The notes: a model not told the origin generated them from the letters alone. A stretch of 63,630 bases of DNA, filler included, from Octopus bimaculoides (GCF_001194135.2; 7 parts of 6 records of this genome joined end to end with filler, not necessarily neighbours in it), one strand, 5' to 3'. Positions 1-13,740 are shown, counted from the whole stretch's first letter. A program made the numbers and translations.

Positions 1-1904
1 ATATATATATATATATATATATAATTTAAAAGCCAAATTTGAATTATTCGCAGCCGTAATAATGCAAACATCATTGATGTCACGTACTTAGTGTGTGTGT
101 TAATTTTATGCTCCCACTGGCTGCAGCATAGTGTCAGCGGTGAAAAGTCCCTTTAAGCCGCCGAGCTTTAGAAAAGACAAAATACTTCAAATCAGGCGAA
201 TTTTGTACGTTGAGATCTTATGTAAGAAGTATGTTTGTCTTGCGCACAACGAACATATTAACGGTATATATGTATGTGTGCATGTGTGCGTTCTTGTGTC
301 TCTGGATGCCTGTGTACGTATATCCATGTATTACGTTCTGTTGTCTTTACGAAATAAAAATAATTTTCTTTAGTTTTAAGCACTAAATTATATCGTCCCA
401 TGACCACGCCGTTATCTTTGATCAATAATATAACAGTTCTTGTTGAAAGAACCAATGAAAACTGAAAAAATTTTTCCACGCTTATCTTGCCTTTTCAGTC
501 ATTTTAAAAATTTACTTTATACAATTTGTATGTATGTTATCCCATTTATACATAACCTTTTTAAGCAATGTGAAGCGTCGTTTCGTTTCAGAAATTTTAC
601 TGCAAACCGTAAAAGTTTAAGTGAAGAAGAGCGACGCCCGCATTTGTTCACCACGGTTTATTTTCTAAATGTTGATAGAAGGGTATAAGGTACAAGCTGA
701 TATATGACCCGCTAAATACCTATACATTCACAACTGAGAAATCATATTTTATTTCCTTCGAAAAATGCTTATTCCAATCTGGCAAGAACACAATTTTATC
801 CCTATCCTTTAATTGCATTAGTAATTAACGTAAATCATAAACTATAATTTGTAAAATATCCGTACGGGTTTATTGATAGATTTTCGTCTTTAAAGAAGAC
901 TGGTAAATATATAATTTCAGTTTCGCCATCGTAATACGTGCAGTAGTAATTTGAAAAATAGGTTAGTCGAAATAGTGATATTTATTTTGGGAAATGTATT
1001 TCAAACTAAAATATATTTCTAGTGAAGGTGAATATTTAATATATAAAATGATTTGTTTATACTTCATGAATTGTTGCACAATTTGGTTTCATTTCTGTAC
1101 TGTGTGATATCACAAATGAATAGATATGCTTCGTAACGTTATTTATGCCTCGAGTTTTATCTGGTTTTCTAGAAATCGACAGGTAATATAGTAGCAGCTT
1201 TCTTTGTATCACTAATTCTTCTAGGCGAATAATCGTCTCGATATCTAAATGTGCTCTTTATCTTCATAGATCTTTGTGTAACCATGCAGATGCATAAAGC
1301 ATATCATTCCTGTAGTATATGCATTGAATAATCTCTGTAAATATCGTAGTGAACTCGCAAGGTAATAAATCTCAATACTAACATACTTGCAACCATTCTG
1401 CAATTGGATTATATAATGTTCGGTTATCTGATTTCATTATTATTAGCGTCAGATTTTCTCCACTACACTGAACCGCTGTTGCTGCTGAAGATACTGGGAA
1501 TTAACATTAAATGTTAAGGATCGCTGCAATATAAACTAGCAAGTATCACAAGAAAATCAATCGAAAGAACTATCCATAAAATGGAATTCTTTACATAGTG
1601 TTTAAAGTCATTCCTCAATTTATTTTCGATTTACTACTTTTCATAGACGTAATACGATAGGGATCAATTTCGGGCCCAACAGGCATACCATATTGAACAA
1701 CGTGTGTTACCTTAACAAACAACTCTTATACAAACTTATATTCCTTATATAAGTGCTATGGAAAGTTGGTGTTAACGATATAACATTTTATTGCACAAAA
1801 TTTGATATATGCTTATTCATAATGTAGAATGTAACGTACAAATCCTAGCTTAACCGGCAGAGTATTTGGAAACATTGTCCAATGTCAATCTGTATTTAGA
1901 TAGC

Positions 1905-1954
<50 letters not shown>
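1905..1954. repeat. (GATA)n microsatellite at the 3' end of the Tx1 LINE
   Basis: Pure TAGA tandem array directly abutting the LINE's AATAAA-containing 3' end. Confidence 0.95.
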
Positions 1955-3143
1955 TGTTTATTTATTGGCCACACATGGCTGAACACAGAGGGGACAAAAT
2001 ACAAAGTAGAGTTTTTTTGGAGGGGAAGCAGAAGAAGAGAAGGAAAAAGAAAAAAATGGGTCGAATTCCGATCAAAAGGGATGGTGTAAAATAGTGAGGG
2101 CGATCAATAGGGATCGTGTATCACAGATATGTCAATGTAAAAAGGGAAAGCAGATTAGGTTTCTCCGTGGAAACAAAAATCTACGGAAACTACCACAGGA
2201 ACTTTGGCTATGCAAAAACCTTGTCATGCAAAAAAAAGAAAAAAAAAATACACACGCATTACATTAAGAACCTCTCTTTTTTTTCCTTTCCTTCTTTCTT
2301 TTTTTTTTTTTCGGTTCATAGGATTATGCTCAAACTGGCTCCGTCATTCACACGTGGCATCCTTGCTACATTCACCCATCTTTTTTTGAAACATTCACTA
2401 GACAAAACTTCCCTCTCTACTTTCACCTGCCTCTTCAAGTGATACTTGAAGAAGTTGATGAAAGCTTCACCAGAGAGGAAAGTGTTTGTCTCTAGACCTT
2501 TCAGACGCGTCCAACATACACACTTTAACCACAGCCGCAAGTACGATGAAAATGGCTCTTCCTTCTTGTTTTAAGGAAGGAGGCGTGACAATATTCACGA
2601 TAGACTCAGTTGATAAACTGACTCGTCCCACACGTGATAGCAGTAGTTCGACATAGGCCCACAGGTCGGAAATGGTTGGACACTGTACGAGCCATGCCTG
2701 TAGAGCTTATCCCGAACAGGTATCGCTTCTCGATAGTTCTGCCCGGCCAGGGATATATGGAAGTTGTTCATAGGTCTCGGCCCGAAAGTCGTCTTGAACA
2801 GGCGAGACAGATATTCCTCGTCGACGCCCAGGTGTGCCACAAGATCGTCGTCGTACCTCCCCTCCACTATTCCCATATAGAATGCTTTGGTTGTGCTGAA
2901 GTTGCTCAAGGTCGACCCGGGACAGTATAGTTGCTTCAGAGCAACGCGACACTCGCGGTCCCATCGCCCTTCCTCGGCCTCTATTTGATCCACGACTGCA
3001 GTTCGGTCATAGAAACGAGCTGCGGGAAGCGCACCTCACAAACTGCGACCACACCTGTTCACCGTCGTCTACGTAGATCCGTGTCTGCGCATCATCAACT
3101 ACGGCATGCTCAGACCTCCTTTTAACGGGTGTTGGCAGCAAAC
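1955..3143 (-). mobile_element. 5'-truncated, decayed L1/Tx1-clade LINE (ORF2 C-terminus plus 3' UTR)
   Basis: Minus-strand translation gives QHPLKGGLSMP (GGLG.P-type post-RT motif), REAIPVRDKLYRHG and, after a frameshift, VQCPTISDLWAYVELLLSRVG (zf-RVT region with its centre deleted). It then continues W-TRLKGLETNTFLSG...ERE..F..RW. The 3' UTR ends in AATAAA followed by (TATC)n. Stops and frameshifts are present. Confidence 0.8.
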
Positions 3144-3295
3144 GGGCATGTACAGGGTGAAGGCATTTTAATATTTTTTGCGCGATGCACTTTCCGGTCG
3201 TCTTGACTTCGTGTTGATAACTTTTCATATGATTGTTTTCAGTTTTTTGTTTGTGTGTGTTTTCCATAACGTGTTGTGGAATGAATGTGGATATC

Positions 3296-3374
<79 letters not shown>
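3296..3374. repeat. (GATA)n microsatellite
   Basis: Pure GATA array of about 19 units. Confidence 0.95.
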
Positions 3375-4330
3375 GTGTGTGCGCGCGCACATTCACTAGC
3401 GTATCGATTTTGACAACTATTGGCAAAATACAGCAATTAAGAATTCTGAAATTAATTAGGTATTCTATGTTTTAATAATATGTGTAGCAATTGTAACTGT
3501 AATGTATAGATATTCATTCCTGTTAGAAATTTAGCAGAAGATAGTCAACATAACCTATCTATACACAATACATATACCATACCAAAGAAATAACGACACA
3601 CTTCGTACTTATACCATTTACACTATGCACTAGCGTGTAGCATTCTTCTAAGATGGTCGGAGACATAACATAAGTGGAATATCAGATTTCTGTTTCAGCC
3701 ACCTACTTAGAACAGCTTTGAAAAGCTGCAAAAATTTGGAACTAGGGCTACAAAACTCGACGATATAATGCATATATGAAATTATCTTCTGATATAATTG
3801 AATAAGTGACTGTATACATATATACAAAGTCAGAGCGAGATCTTTTCATATGTTCATAGGCACAAACAAACATGTCAATATATACGTAACGTATGTGTAT
3901 GCTTGTATATTCTTGTTTGCACTCGCTTCTCAATAATTTAGTATATGTTCATACTGAAAATATTTTACGTGTCTACAAATCGTGTTTTTTTCATCAAAAT
4001 CACTTTACCTTACTTGATAATCTCCTTTTATAGTTTTAAATATATTTCTTCGAAGAGATAAAAGACTACTTGATTGATATATTTTTCAAATATTTTTCAA
4101 CTACAGTTCGCTAAAATATTGATTTAGTGTCAAGAATATGTCATACATTCTAATAAATATCAAATTTATATTGGTTCCATAACAGAATTTCCGAACTAGA
4201 CATGCAATGTAATGCACAATATTTTTGTAATGCATATATGAGTAAAATTATTTATTTTAAATCTCTTCATATCAACCTAAAACTAAACTTAATTTAAGTT
4301 CATACTTACATATTCATACATACACACAGG

Positions 4331-4396
<66 letters not shown>

Positions 4397-4861
4397 NNNN
4401 NNNNNNCTCTCTCTCTCTCTCATAGACACAGACAAACACACACACATCACACACGCACATCACGCACACACAGACATATTTATACACCGATTCAAATACA
4501 TTCATACACGCACGCATAAATATGTATATTCATGTGTAGGTGTGTTTATACATACTCACATATTTATGAATTCGAGAGATCAATACAATATCTGTAAAGG
4601 CAGTTTTATCTTTCGATTATAGAGACAAATTCAATATTTTGTGATCTTCATGTTGATAATGGTTCTCCTCCTAACAATATAACTCGTTATGGTTGCCAAA
4701 CACAGGGAAAGCGATTGGATAGCTTTGGGCAGAGTGTAAGCGTGTTTGTTAGCGTGTGTTTGTGTATGTGGGTAAGCATTATTGAAAATAGCCCTAGGAT
4801 TTGTGTTATCACTGCAATGAACGATGGGGTTGAAGCATATATATTTTTTTATTCTTGTATT

Positions 4862-5043
4862 TGTTTAACTCATTTGACTGCGGCCATAATAGAGCACCGC
4901 CTTCAGTCGAACAAATCGATCCCAGAACTTTTTCTTTGTAAGCCTAGTACTTATCCTATCGGTCTATTTTCTCGAACCGCTTGGTTACGGGAACATAAAC
5001 ACACCAGCATCGGTTGTCAAGAGATGTTGGTGGGACAAACACA

Positions 5044-5097
<54 letters not shown>

Positions 5098-5196
5098 CGA
5101 CGGGCTTCTTTCAGTTTCCGTCTACCAAATCCAATCACAAGGCTTTGGTCGGCTCGACGCTATATTAGAAGACACTTGCTCAATGTGCTATGCAGT
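4862..5196 (-). mobile_element. SINE family A copy (tRNA-like head, internal (TG)n, conserved body and tail); head lost in gap
   Basis: Reverse complement matches the copies at 49481-50085 and 53098-53625 (CAAGTGTCTTCTA..., GTAGACGGAAACTGAAAGAAGCC, TGACAACCGATG, GCAGTCAAATGA). Confidence 0.85.
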
Positions 5197-6308
5197 NNNN
5201 NNNNNNNNNNNNNNNNNNNNNNNNNNNNNNNNNNNNNNNNNNNNNNNNNNNNNNNNNNNNNNNNNNNNNNNNNNNNNNNNNNNNNNNNNNNNNNNNNNNN
5301 NNNNNNNNNNNNNNNNNNNNNNNNNNNNNNNNNNNNNNNNNNNNNNNNNNNNNNNNNNNNNNNNNNNNNNNNNNNNNNNNNNNNNNNNNNNNNNNNNNNN
5401 NNNNNNNNNNNNNNNNNNNNNNNNNNNNNNNNNNNNNNNNNNNNNNNNNNNNNNNNNNNNNNNNNNNNNNNNNNNNNNNNNNNNNNNNNNNNNNNNNNNN
5501 NNNNNNNNNNNNNNNNNNNNNNNNNNNNNNNNNNNNNNNNNNNNNNNNNNNNNNNNNNNNNNNNNNNNNNNNNNNNNNNNNNNNNNNNNNNNNNNNNNNN
5601 NNNNNNNNNNNNNNNNNNNNNNNNNNNNNNNNNNNNNNNNNNNNNNNNNNNNNNNNNNNNNNNNNNNNNNNNNNNNNNNNNNNNNNNNNNNNNNNNNNNN
5701 NNNNNNNNNNNNNNNNNNNNNNNNNNNNNNNNNNNNNNNNNNNNNNNNNNNNNNNNNNNNNNNNNNNNNNNNNNNNNNNNNNNNNNNNNNNNNNNNNNNN
5801 NNNNNNNNNNNNNNNNNNNNNNNNNNNNNNNNNNNNNNNNNNNNNNNNNNNNNNNNNNNNNNNNNNNNNNNNNNNNNNNNNNNNNNNNNNNNNNNNNNNN
5901 NNNNNNNNNNNNNNNNNNNNNNNNNNNNNNNNNNNNNNNNNNNNNNNNNNNNNNNNNNNNNNNNNNNNNNNNNNNNNNNNNNNNNNNNNNNNNNNNNNNN
6001 NNNNNNNNNNNNNNNNNNNNNNNNNNNNNNNNNNNNNTATATATATATACGCTTTCTTATTAAGCTGCAAAAATTTCACAAAAATATCACAGTTGTAATT
6101 CTCTGGATCCAGAAGATGGCAACTGCCCGACGACCAGGGAAGTGGAACTCTGATTAGCAGTTTCTTTGTTATACTTATGATGTTTTTGTAGCATTAATAA
6201 TACAGCTTATTATTTTGCGTTCGCATTCGAGTACTAGTCTTGCCCACCTTGTTTCACATTTATATCCTTACTCTAGTACATAAATAAATATGTGTGTGTG
6301 CGCGTGTG

Positions 6309-6344
<36 letters not shown>

Positions 6345-6347
6345 CAG

Positions 6348-6384
6348 TTTTTGCGAAAACTATTAAATGGCGTGACCAGTTCAG
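6348..6384 (+). CDS. candidate 37-nt exon (FLRKLLNGVTSS, phase 0 to 1)
   Basis: tacag|...CAG|gtgaga with a strong donor and an open frame. Pyrimidine tract is weak; no homology recognised. Confidence 0.35.
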
Positions 6385-7564
6385 GTGAGAGATCTGGTTA
6401 ATAGGGTACAATATAAAAGGTTTTGAGGCTCAGCTGGTAACTGCTCAGCGCTAATTTAAGAGGTAGGTAGGTCGAAGCAATTTTTGAACGGAATATGAAT
6501 AAAAGTTCATCTAAAAGTATATAAATATAGTTGATGATGAAGAAAAATAATATTGAGTGTTATTGTGTGTATTTTGTCATTGGTATTAAGTACACATTAC
6601 TTTGTAAATATGGAGAGATTATTGGATATTAATATTTTAAGCTCAAGTTATTGTGATGGAATGAAGTGTAGATCCTGATATTTTTGAAGATTATGAAATG
6701 TGATATTCACATAGATGTGTCTGTCTTTTAGTGTGTGCACGTAGATTTGTGTAAGTAAATATGTTTCAAAATTATAGATTTTAATTTTGGCAATTATTTG
6801 ACTCAGTCTATATAAAATTTAACAGTGACAATTTGAAGTTACGTCTTGTAACAACAAAGCTTACTCACATACATTTTTGTAACAAAGAAACAGAACCGTT
6901 TCAACACAGTATCCTGGGACTCGTTCCTAATGATTTGTGTTGGACTTGGATAAAGTCGTCGGTCAAAATATTTGGCTGTTTGTTAACACATTTTCATTCA
7001 ACTGCATTAGTTTTCCACGAATTCTTATGTTCCATAATTTCCTCACAAAAATGTCCTAGTTGATTGCGCTTAAAACTTAATCGAACACACAATTAAAGCT
7101 CTGTGTTGATCCATCTCCCAGAGACGGATGCAAATTTTACCACAGGCAGCTTCCTTCGCTGGACATATAGTTTTCTGGTTACGATTTGGGACATGCTTCA
7201 TTTTTTTTTCTTTTGGAAGGCTATATATTTTAACTTACCACATTCTAGGTTAATTTAATGTAAAAAGATGTTAGTGAAATTGGACTGTAATTCCCTGACT
7301 TTTCCCATTGTTAACAGCTCCATAACAGATTAGGATAGACATTTTTAAAGTATAGAACGTGAGTCCATCGACTTTTTTACATGATTGTTTCTTCACGTCA
7401 TGTGAAGCAAAAAATCCTAGAACTGCAACTGGAAAGGTTTTTGTTTTATCAATTGTTGCAACGAAGTGTGCAGTGTCGAAAGTTATGTTATAAAGAGCTT
7501 GTTGAGGATTTATGTCATTAATACTGGCTAAGTCAACGAACTCAAAAGCACTGAAAAGAGAGAG

Positions 7565-7668
7565 AGGGTGAGAGAGACAAAGAGAAAGAGAGAGAAAGGA
7601 AGAGTAAGAGAGAGAAAGGAAGAGTAAGAGAGAGAAAGGAAGAGTAAGAGAGAGAGAGAGAGAGAGTA
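7565..7668. repeat. GA-rich minisatellite (about 22-bp unit GAGAGAAAGGAAGAGTAAGAGA x3) merging into (GA)n
   Basis: Direct inspection. Confidence 0.85.
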
Positions 7669-8211
7669 ATATTTCTACTGTAGAATCTCCACCGAATATT
7701 TGATATTTTCCACAATGACTTGAGTATATATCTTTCAGAGGAACGATCAATAAATCGGTGCCATTTATGCAATGTAACACATGAAAGATGAGTTTTATGC
7801 TATTATTATAGTCTGCAGGTTTGTAAGGATTACACTCTTGATGATATGTTGCTGTGTTCTATTATAATGATTAGCAACGTTTTTCTAAACTGTGAGAATA
7901 ATTTCTGAGACGTGTGTATAGAGTCATTCATGCCGGAGGCATAATCTGCTGCCTAGGGCTTAGCAAAGCACTTGTGTATGCTTTAATATTTTTGTGAGTG
8001 GTGTCTTGACCAATTGTTTGATTACAGGTGATCCTATGTTGACTTATTTCGTCATTTTTCTTGTATGAGTGGAAAGATTGAGAGTTATAATGACGTCGTT
8101 CTCCCTGCGTTTGATGGATTTAGTCGGACTGCGGTATTACCTAACGAATAGTTAGATTCAGATAAGGGAAAATTGGTAACGATAGGATCCCTGAGATGAA
8201 AGTAATTGTAG

Positions 8212-8286
8212 CTGAAGTAGATGAAGAAAGAGGCGGCGAAGGCAACAATCATGAAGCTAAAATCGCCTGCGAAATACAAAGATTCG
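8212..8286 (+). CDS. candidate 75-nt phase-1/1 exon (AEVDEERGGEGNNHEAKIACEIQRF)
   Basis: tgtag|...TTCG|gttagc; GC-richer than flanks and phase-compatible with 6348-6384. Acceptor is weak. Confidence 0.3.
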
Positions 8287-10679
8287 GTTAGCATGGAAAT
8301 TTATACGTTAAATGCCTAATAACGGAAATGTGGTTTATCAGCGGTGGTTACTCAGATCAGTGCTTAGACGATGTTGTTTTTGCTGTTTTTCTGATTTTAT
8401 TAGTTTTACAACTGTAACGTACCAGACTACAATATTATGTTTTTATCAGTTTTCTTCTTTTAATACCGTTGTATCGCACGTTTGTGAGAAACTTGATATG
8501 ATATTGGTTCATTAAGAAAATTCCTTGAAAAAATGTTCCGAAACTTTTGCTAGACCAACAACTTGCATGTACAACATTCCGTGACCAAGTGATGCATAAG
8601 AGTGGAGGATTATATTTTTTAGACGCATCATAAGGAACAGGAAGAAATTTTGTTTCAAATTTAGTGCTAGCCAACGCCTGGTAGTAAAAGAAAATAGGCG
8701 TAGTTGTAGGGAGGTCTGGAATTACTGCGACTCTACTCACAGGAAGCCTAACAGTACTCTTATCACCTGAGGATACCCCTATGTTTTGTAGATTTTTGTT
8801 TTGCAAGGAAAACACTGCCTTTCACTTATCTGTACATTTTTTTCTTCAGAGCTTATAACGTTTCAAATCACCTTTATCTGGTTATTTTCAAGACAGAATT
8901 GCCTCATGTGTCGACAAGTGAATATAACTTCTTCATGAATTGTTTATGGTGAAAACTGACGTTTGAAAAGTCAGGAATGCCTCCTTGGATTTGCATGTTG
9001 ATCTGCTATTTGGGGTTTGTGAAGTGATTTGGGATAATTAAGGAAACTACTGTTTATCCCACTAATAGAAACTATATCATTAACATTTTATATTATTAAT
9101 ATTTGCATGTCTTCCAATTACACCAATTACACTCTTCATCTATTATACGTATGAAAAGTTATGATCATCTTCATGGACTTCATGAAGATACATGATTGCA
9201 TGACACATGTGGGATGGTATGAAACGTTGAACTATACTAATCAGTATCATGATCAAATGCCTCCTTATTCTCATATGAAATATTTGACTGCTAAATATCA
9301 TTGTTGAAACAGCGGCCAAGATTATCAGAATTTCGATTGAACGTACACAATTTGTACTTCAGTAGCAAGTCGCCTATTTGTAATGTATCTTTTATTTCGT
9401 TTTGTTTTATTAATAAGATCAATACCTGCAGTATTAAGGGTAGAATTGCAGAACTAAACATGTATTATTGTCGACGAATTTGATTTATTTTGTGCCTCGA
9501 TGTGATATGTCATGCTAGGGAAGTTATTTCCAGTAGATTTATGCATTCTGTAAAGCGTATTTTCCTAGGACAGTTATAGTAGGTTCTTGCTGAAACAACT
9601 TCTTTATAACATGTCCTTATGCATATGTTGTGTTCGAAGCGTGTCCCAGCTGTATGTTTCTTTTATTTAGGCAATGTAAGGTGACATTCTTGACAGTCCT
9701 TTTCGAGTAAGTCATTAGCGGATAGTGCACGTTCTTCTCTTCTTTAAAAAGAAAGCATATATTCTTTTACTTGCAAAACGACTTTTGACTTGAGAGATAT
9801 TGGCTGCCACTTATAGCAAGTTCAATGAGTTCGTTTAGAATCTCTCCATGATGCAATTAAGGAAACCCTTTTGAAATCGTTCCTGCGCATAGTGAAGTCA
9901 TAATTATGTAATAATGTCTGTTGCAAGTTACCTAGTTATCCAAATCAGGATATAGGGAATCCATCTGTATTATTGTGCATTCAACTTTGTGTAGATGTTG
10001 GTACAAAGTTACATCAAAATAGCAAATCATTTTACGTGATATTTAAACTAAATTCAATAAGTAGTTTTATGGCGGCTTGATAAATATTGCCTGATCTCTC
10101 GCAGTTTTCAATGTTTAGGTTCCGGTCAACACGTTTGGTTTCATTTTTTCTACATTATTATATATAAGGGAGTTTTCATTGTAGAATTATAAAGTCTGCC
10201 ATGCTATTTTGTTCATACATGACCGTTTTTATTTATGCAATCCTATCGAGGTTAGAAGAATTTTAAAAATATGTTATGCAAAACTTCAACATGTTTTGGA
10301 TTATGATGTCTTATGTATTACTTATTTCTAAGAAATAAAACACTATTTCAATTTTTACAAATTTTTAAAAGTTGTGTCAATAGTAAATATATAGCAGCTG
10401 TTATGGAATATCGAAATCAGATGGTCAATATTTTTCGGGTAGAATCATCCCGGTTTCTGGAAAAAAAAGTATTTTTGGTGCCTTGAAAGGAAAATGATTT
10501 GCGGTTTTAGAGTCGATATCATCTCTACCAAGAACAGTGTTCGAATTCGTGTCCCTTTATTATATAACATAAGGTAATTTCTCAGCGTTTATGCTTATTA
10601 TTCTAAACGTACTCATTTGTTGCATCTAAATTTTGCATGTGTGTGTGAAGGAGAGAAAGTGGTAGAGATAGAAAGTGAT

Positions 10680-10840
10680 AGAGAGAGAGAGAGAGATAGT
10701 AGTAGAGAGTGAGAGAGATAGTAGTAGAGAGAGAGATAGTAGTAGAGAGAGAGATTGTAGTAGAGAGAGAGAGATTGTAGTAGAGAGAGAGAGATAGTAG
10801 TAGAGAGAGAGATACAGATAGAGAGAGAAAGAGAGAGAGA
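10680..10840. repeat. about 20-bp minisatellite (GAGAGAGAGATAGTAGTAGA)
   Basis: Direct inspection; about 6 imperfect units. Confidence 0.85.
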
Positions 10841-11281
10841 GGAAATAGAGACAAAGTGTAAACATACTAAGCAATAAAGTGTATTGAACCTTATCTGAAA
10901 GTAAAAGTGTAATTATTGTAATTTTGTAAAATTCATATTCTACCTTGCTGATATTTCACGTTTATTTTCATACGGCTGAATATTTTGCAACATAACGTGA
11001 CATTTTGAATCACTTAAATTACCATGGGCGTGTACTTCTTAAATAAAAGAGTAAATCATATTAAGCACAAAGACGTTTATGCTACGAGGTATAAACAACT
11101 CTAGAATAGCATATATTTACATACTGATACATATAAAGCTTAGAGAATTTCATGTACAGAAGTTCATGCAAAAACAAATCCACGCGTACGTAAGTATATA
11201 TGTATGTCTTTGTGTACATACAGTTATAAGTATACACACAAACATGCACGAATATACACACAGACACATACTTGCATGTAC

Positions 11282-11313
<32 letters not shown>

Positions 11314-11858
11314 NNNNNNNNNNNNNNNNNNNNNNNNNNNNNNNNNNNNNNNNNNNNNNNNNNNNNNNNNNNNNNNNNNNNCCTATGTGTATGTGTAATT
11401 GTGCAAATATACGTATTTTCTTAAGAGCGAGAGCGGAATAAATGTCATGAGCAAATTTAAAACAAGTTTAAAGAAATTGTGTATACTTTATGACCGTTTG
11501 TTCGGTTGAACTGCGTAGCAACAATGTTTTACATTTTTACAGAATCGGTTATAAAACTTTATATAGAATATGTTGACTTGGACATCGTTTATTGCAGCCG
11601 CCCCTCACAGTCTCCTTTTGTTTATTTAGTCCGTTGGAACAAAATCTTGATACGTATATCACTTCGATGAATCGATTTAATGATGCTTAAATAATGGCTA
11701 GTACAGATGATTGAACAATTATCTACTCTCCTAAAGATTGTAGAGCTGAAATATCTAAAGAAAAAAGGTTTCACATCATATGATGCGCATTAAAGACAGT
11801 GTAAAAGACGAACATGCCAGCGATGTTGGTGATGTATCCGATAATTACTGTAGAGATT

Positions 11859-11928
<70 letters not shown>

Positions 11929-11978
11929 AGATGATGATAATAATAATAATAATCATAATAATAATAATGATCATAATA

Positions 11979-12037
<59 letters not shown>

Positions 12038-12046
12038 AATAATAAT
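11859..12046. repeat. compound (AAT)n/(GAT)n microsatellite
   Basis: Direct inspection; explains the poly-N/D/I/M ORFs. Confidence 0.95.
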
Positions 12047-12804
12047 ATGTATTGGGAAATATAATATTGGAAACTTTAATGGCGTCGAATGCGATGCTAG
12101 TGCTGAAGATGATGATTATGATATGGGGAGCAAAAAGAAGACTGCTAAGAGCGAATGATAAGAAGGTGGGACATACTAATAAAGACGTCGATGGAGAAAA
12201 TTGTTTGTGAAGAGTTTGTGAAGGAAATAATACTTACGCACTGTCTTACATTGTAAAAATATCGCAGTCAAAGCACGTTCCTCACCCTGCAGAAAGATGC
12301 AAAGAGTGATGAAAATATTATTAAATATATTTATTTTTTATGCATATGTATGTATGCATATATAAATATATGTTTGCATATATGCATATAAATTTATTTA
12401 TATGCCTGTATATAAGTATATAAATGTATGTTTGTGCACACGTACCCATAGTCTAACTGTCAATTTCTGAAGTTTTTAAATCAAATATGCGTTTACACAA
12501 ATTTCAAGAATGCTTACAGGCAGCAGGATGCTATTGCTAATTGGAAATACTCGATAAAAAGTTCCAGAGATATGTAAAATATGTTAAAACCAACTTTACT
12601 CTGAACATATATCCAAATAATGGGTACTTAATGCCGGCAGTTTTACTTATATTTCTTTGGCGAAACCCATAGATTTTCTACATAGAAGCAAAAGCGCTCG
12701 CAAAAACACAGACATACGCATACACAGACACACACATAGACACACACACACAAACATATATATATATAGTGTGTGTGTCTGTGTGTGTTTGCGTGTGTGT
12801 GTGT

Positions 12805-12835
<31 letters not shown>

Positions 12836-12849
12836 GTGCAGCTACCACA

Positions 12850-13740
12850 CAAAGTATCCAGAACTACTATCGCACCCGCTATCATTGTCAGCCTTAGAAT
12901 TACTCTTAAATACCATATTTTTAAGTTTAATAATAAACTATATAAACAGCTGAAAGGCGTTGCTATTGGTATAGGGATGTCTGATGATATTGCCAAACTC
13001 TTCATGATATGGGGGGACAGACATTTTAAGCAGTGCCTAACCTTTTCGTGAAAAGTAATATTAATACGCATATCAACACTATAAATGAAGAACAGGTGAT
13101 GACAACTATAGAACACACACCTGGCACTATCCATAGGAGTATAAAGATTACTATAAGGCTATCCTTCTAAGCACCCCAGAAATAGATTACCTGTCCTCGA
13201 TACTGAGCTGTGGACAGAAAATACTATGATTAACGGAAGAGTTAAACCCTGTTTACTCCACTAATACTATTGTAAACCAATGGCTAATCCACTGGTAATC
13301 CGTAGTGACTCAGCGATGTCAAGTACTACGAAAATCAACATCCTCATGACAGGCTTAGGTAGAGCAATGAGGAACATATCCCCACTATTCCAGCCACAAG
13401 AATGACAACACATCCAGCACTACATATTAGGAATGAAGGGTTCCGGCTACACACAGTACGATAGAATCAGAGTGTACAAAGGAGCGAAAAGATGATTCGA
13501 ACGCATTCTAAATGATGACGAAAACGGCATATGCCCCCTATACCGCAACAAGTGCTGGAATGGGTTGGAGACGGATACCAGCAAGAGAAATAAAAAAAAA
13601 TAATACTTGGAATGATAACGGGAAGTTTCACAGTGTTTGTTGACGTTACACCTAGAAACGAATTAAGTAGGTCATTTAAGAAAATCCTGCGAACAACTGT
13701 CCTTGCGATCAAAGTTGTAGAAAAGGCAGTGCCCATCCCT
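12850..13740 (+). mobile_element. decayed Penelope-like element (PLE) reverse transcriptase/thumb fragment
   Basis: LKYHIFKFNNKLYKQLKGVAIGIGMSDDIAKLFM matches the PLE F.F...Y.Q..G.AMG..S..IANL.M motif. Downstream frames give TKINILMTGLGRAMRNIS, MKGSGY, GICPLYRNKCWN and VFVDVTP. Multiple stops and frameshifts. Confidence 0.8.

Noticed and set aside
4715-6157. Long ORFs spanning N gaps (many in the track, e.g. 33360-34859, 52255-53736)
   Set aside because: They are open only because N codons cannot be stops.
6348-6384. CRAL-TRIO N-terminal reading (FAKTIKWRDQF) of the 37-nt candidate exon
   Set aside because: No downstream CRAL-TRIO exons were found, and the alternative frame fits the neighbouring candidate better.
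11771-12158. Poly-N/D/I/M, poly-V/L, HT/CV/YI and ER/LS repeat ORFs throughout the window
   Set aside because: These are direct translations of di- and trinucleotide microsatellites, with no synonymous variation or splice support.
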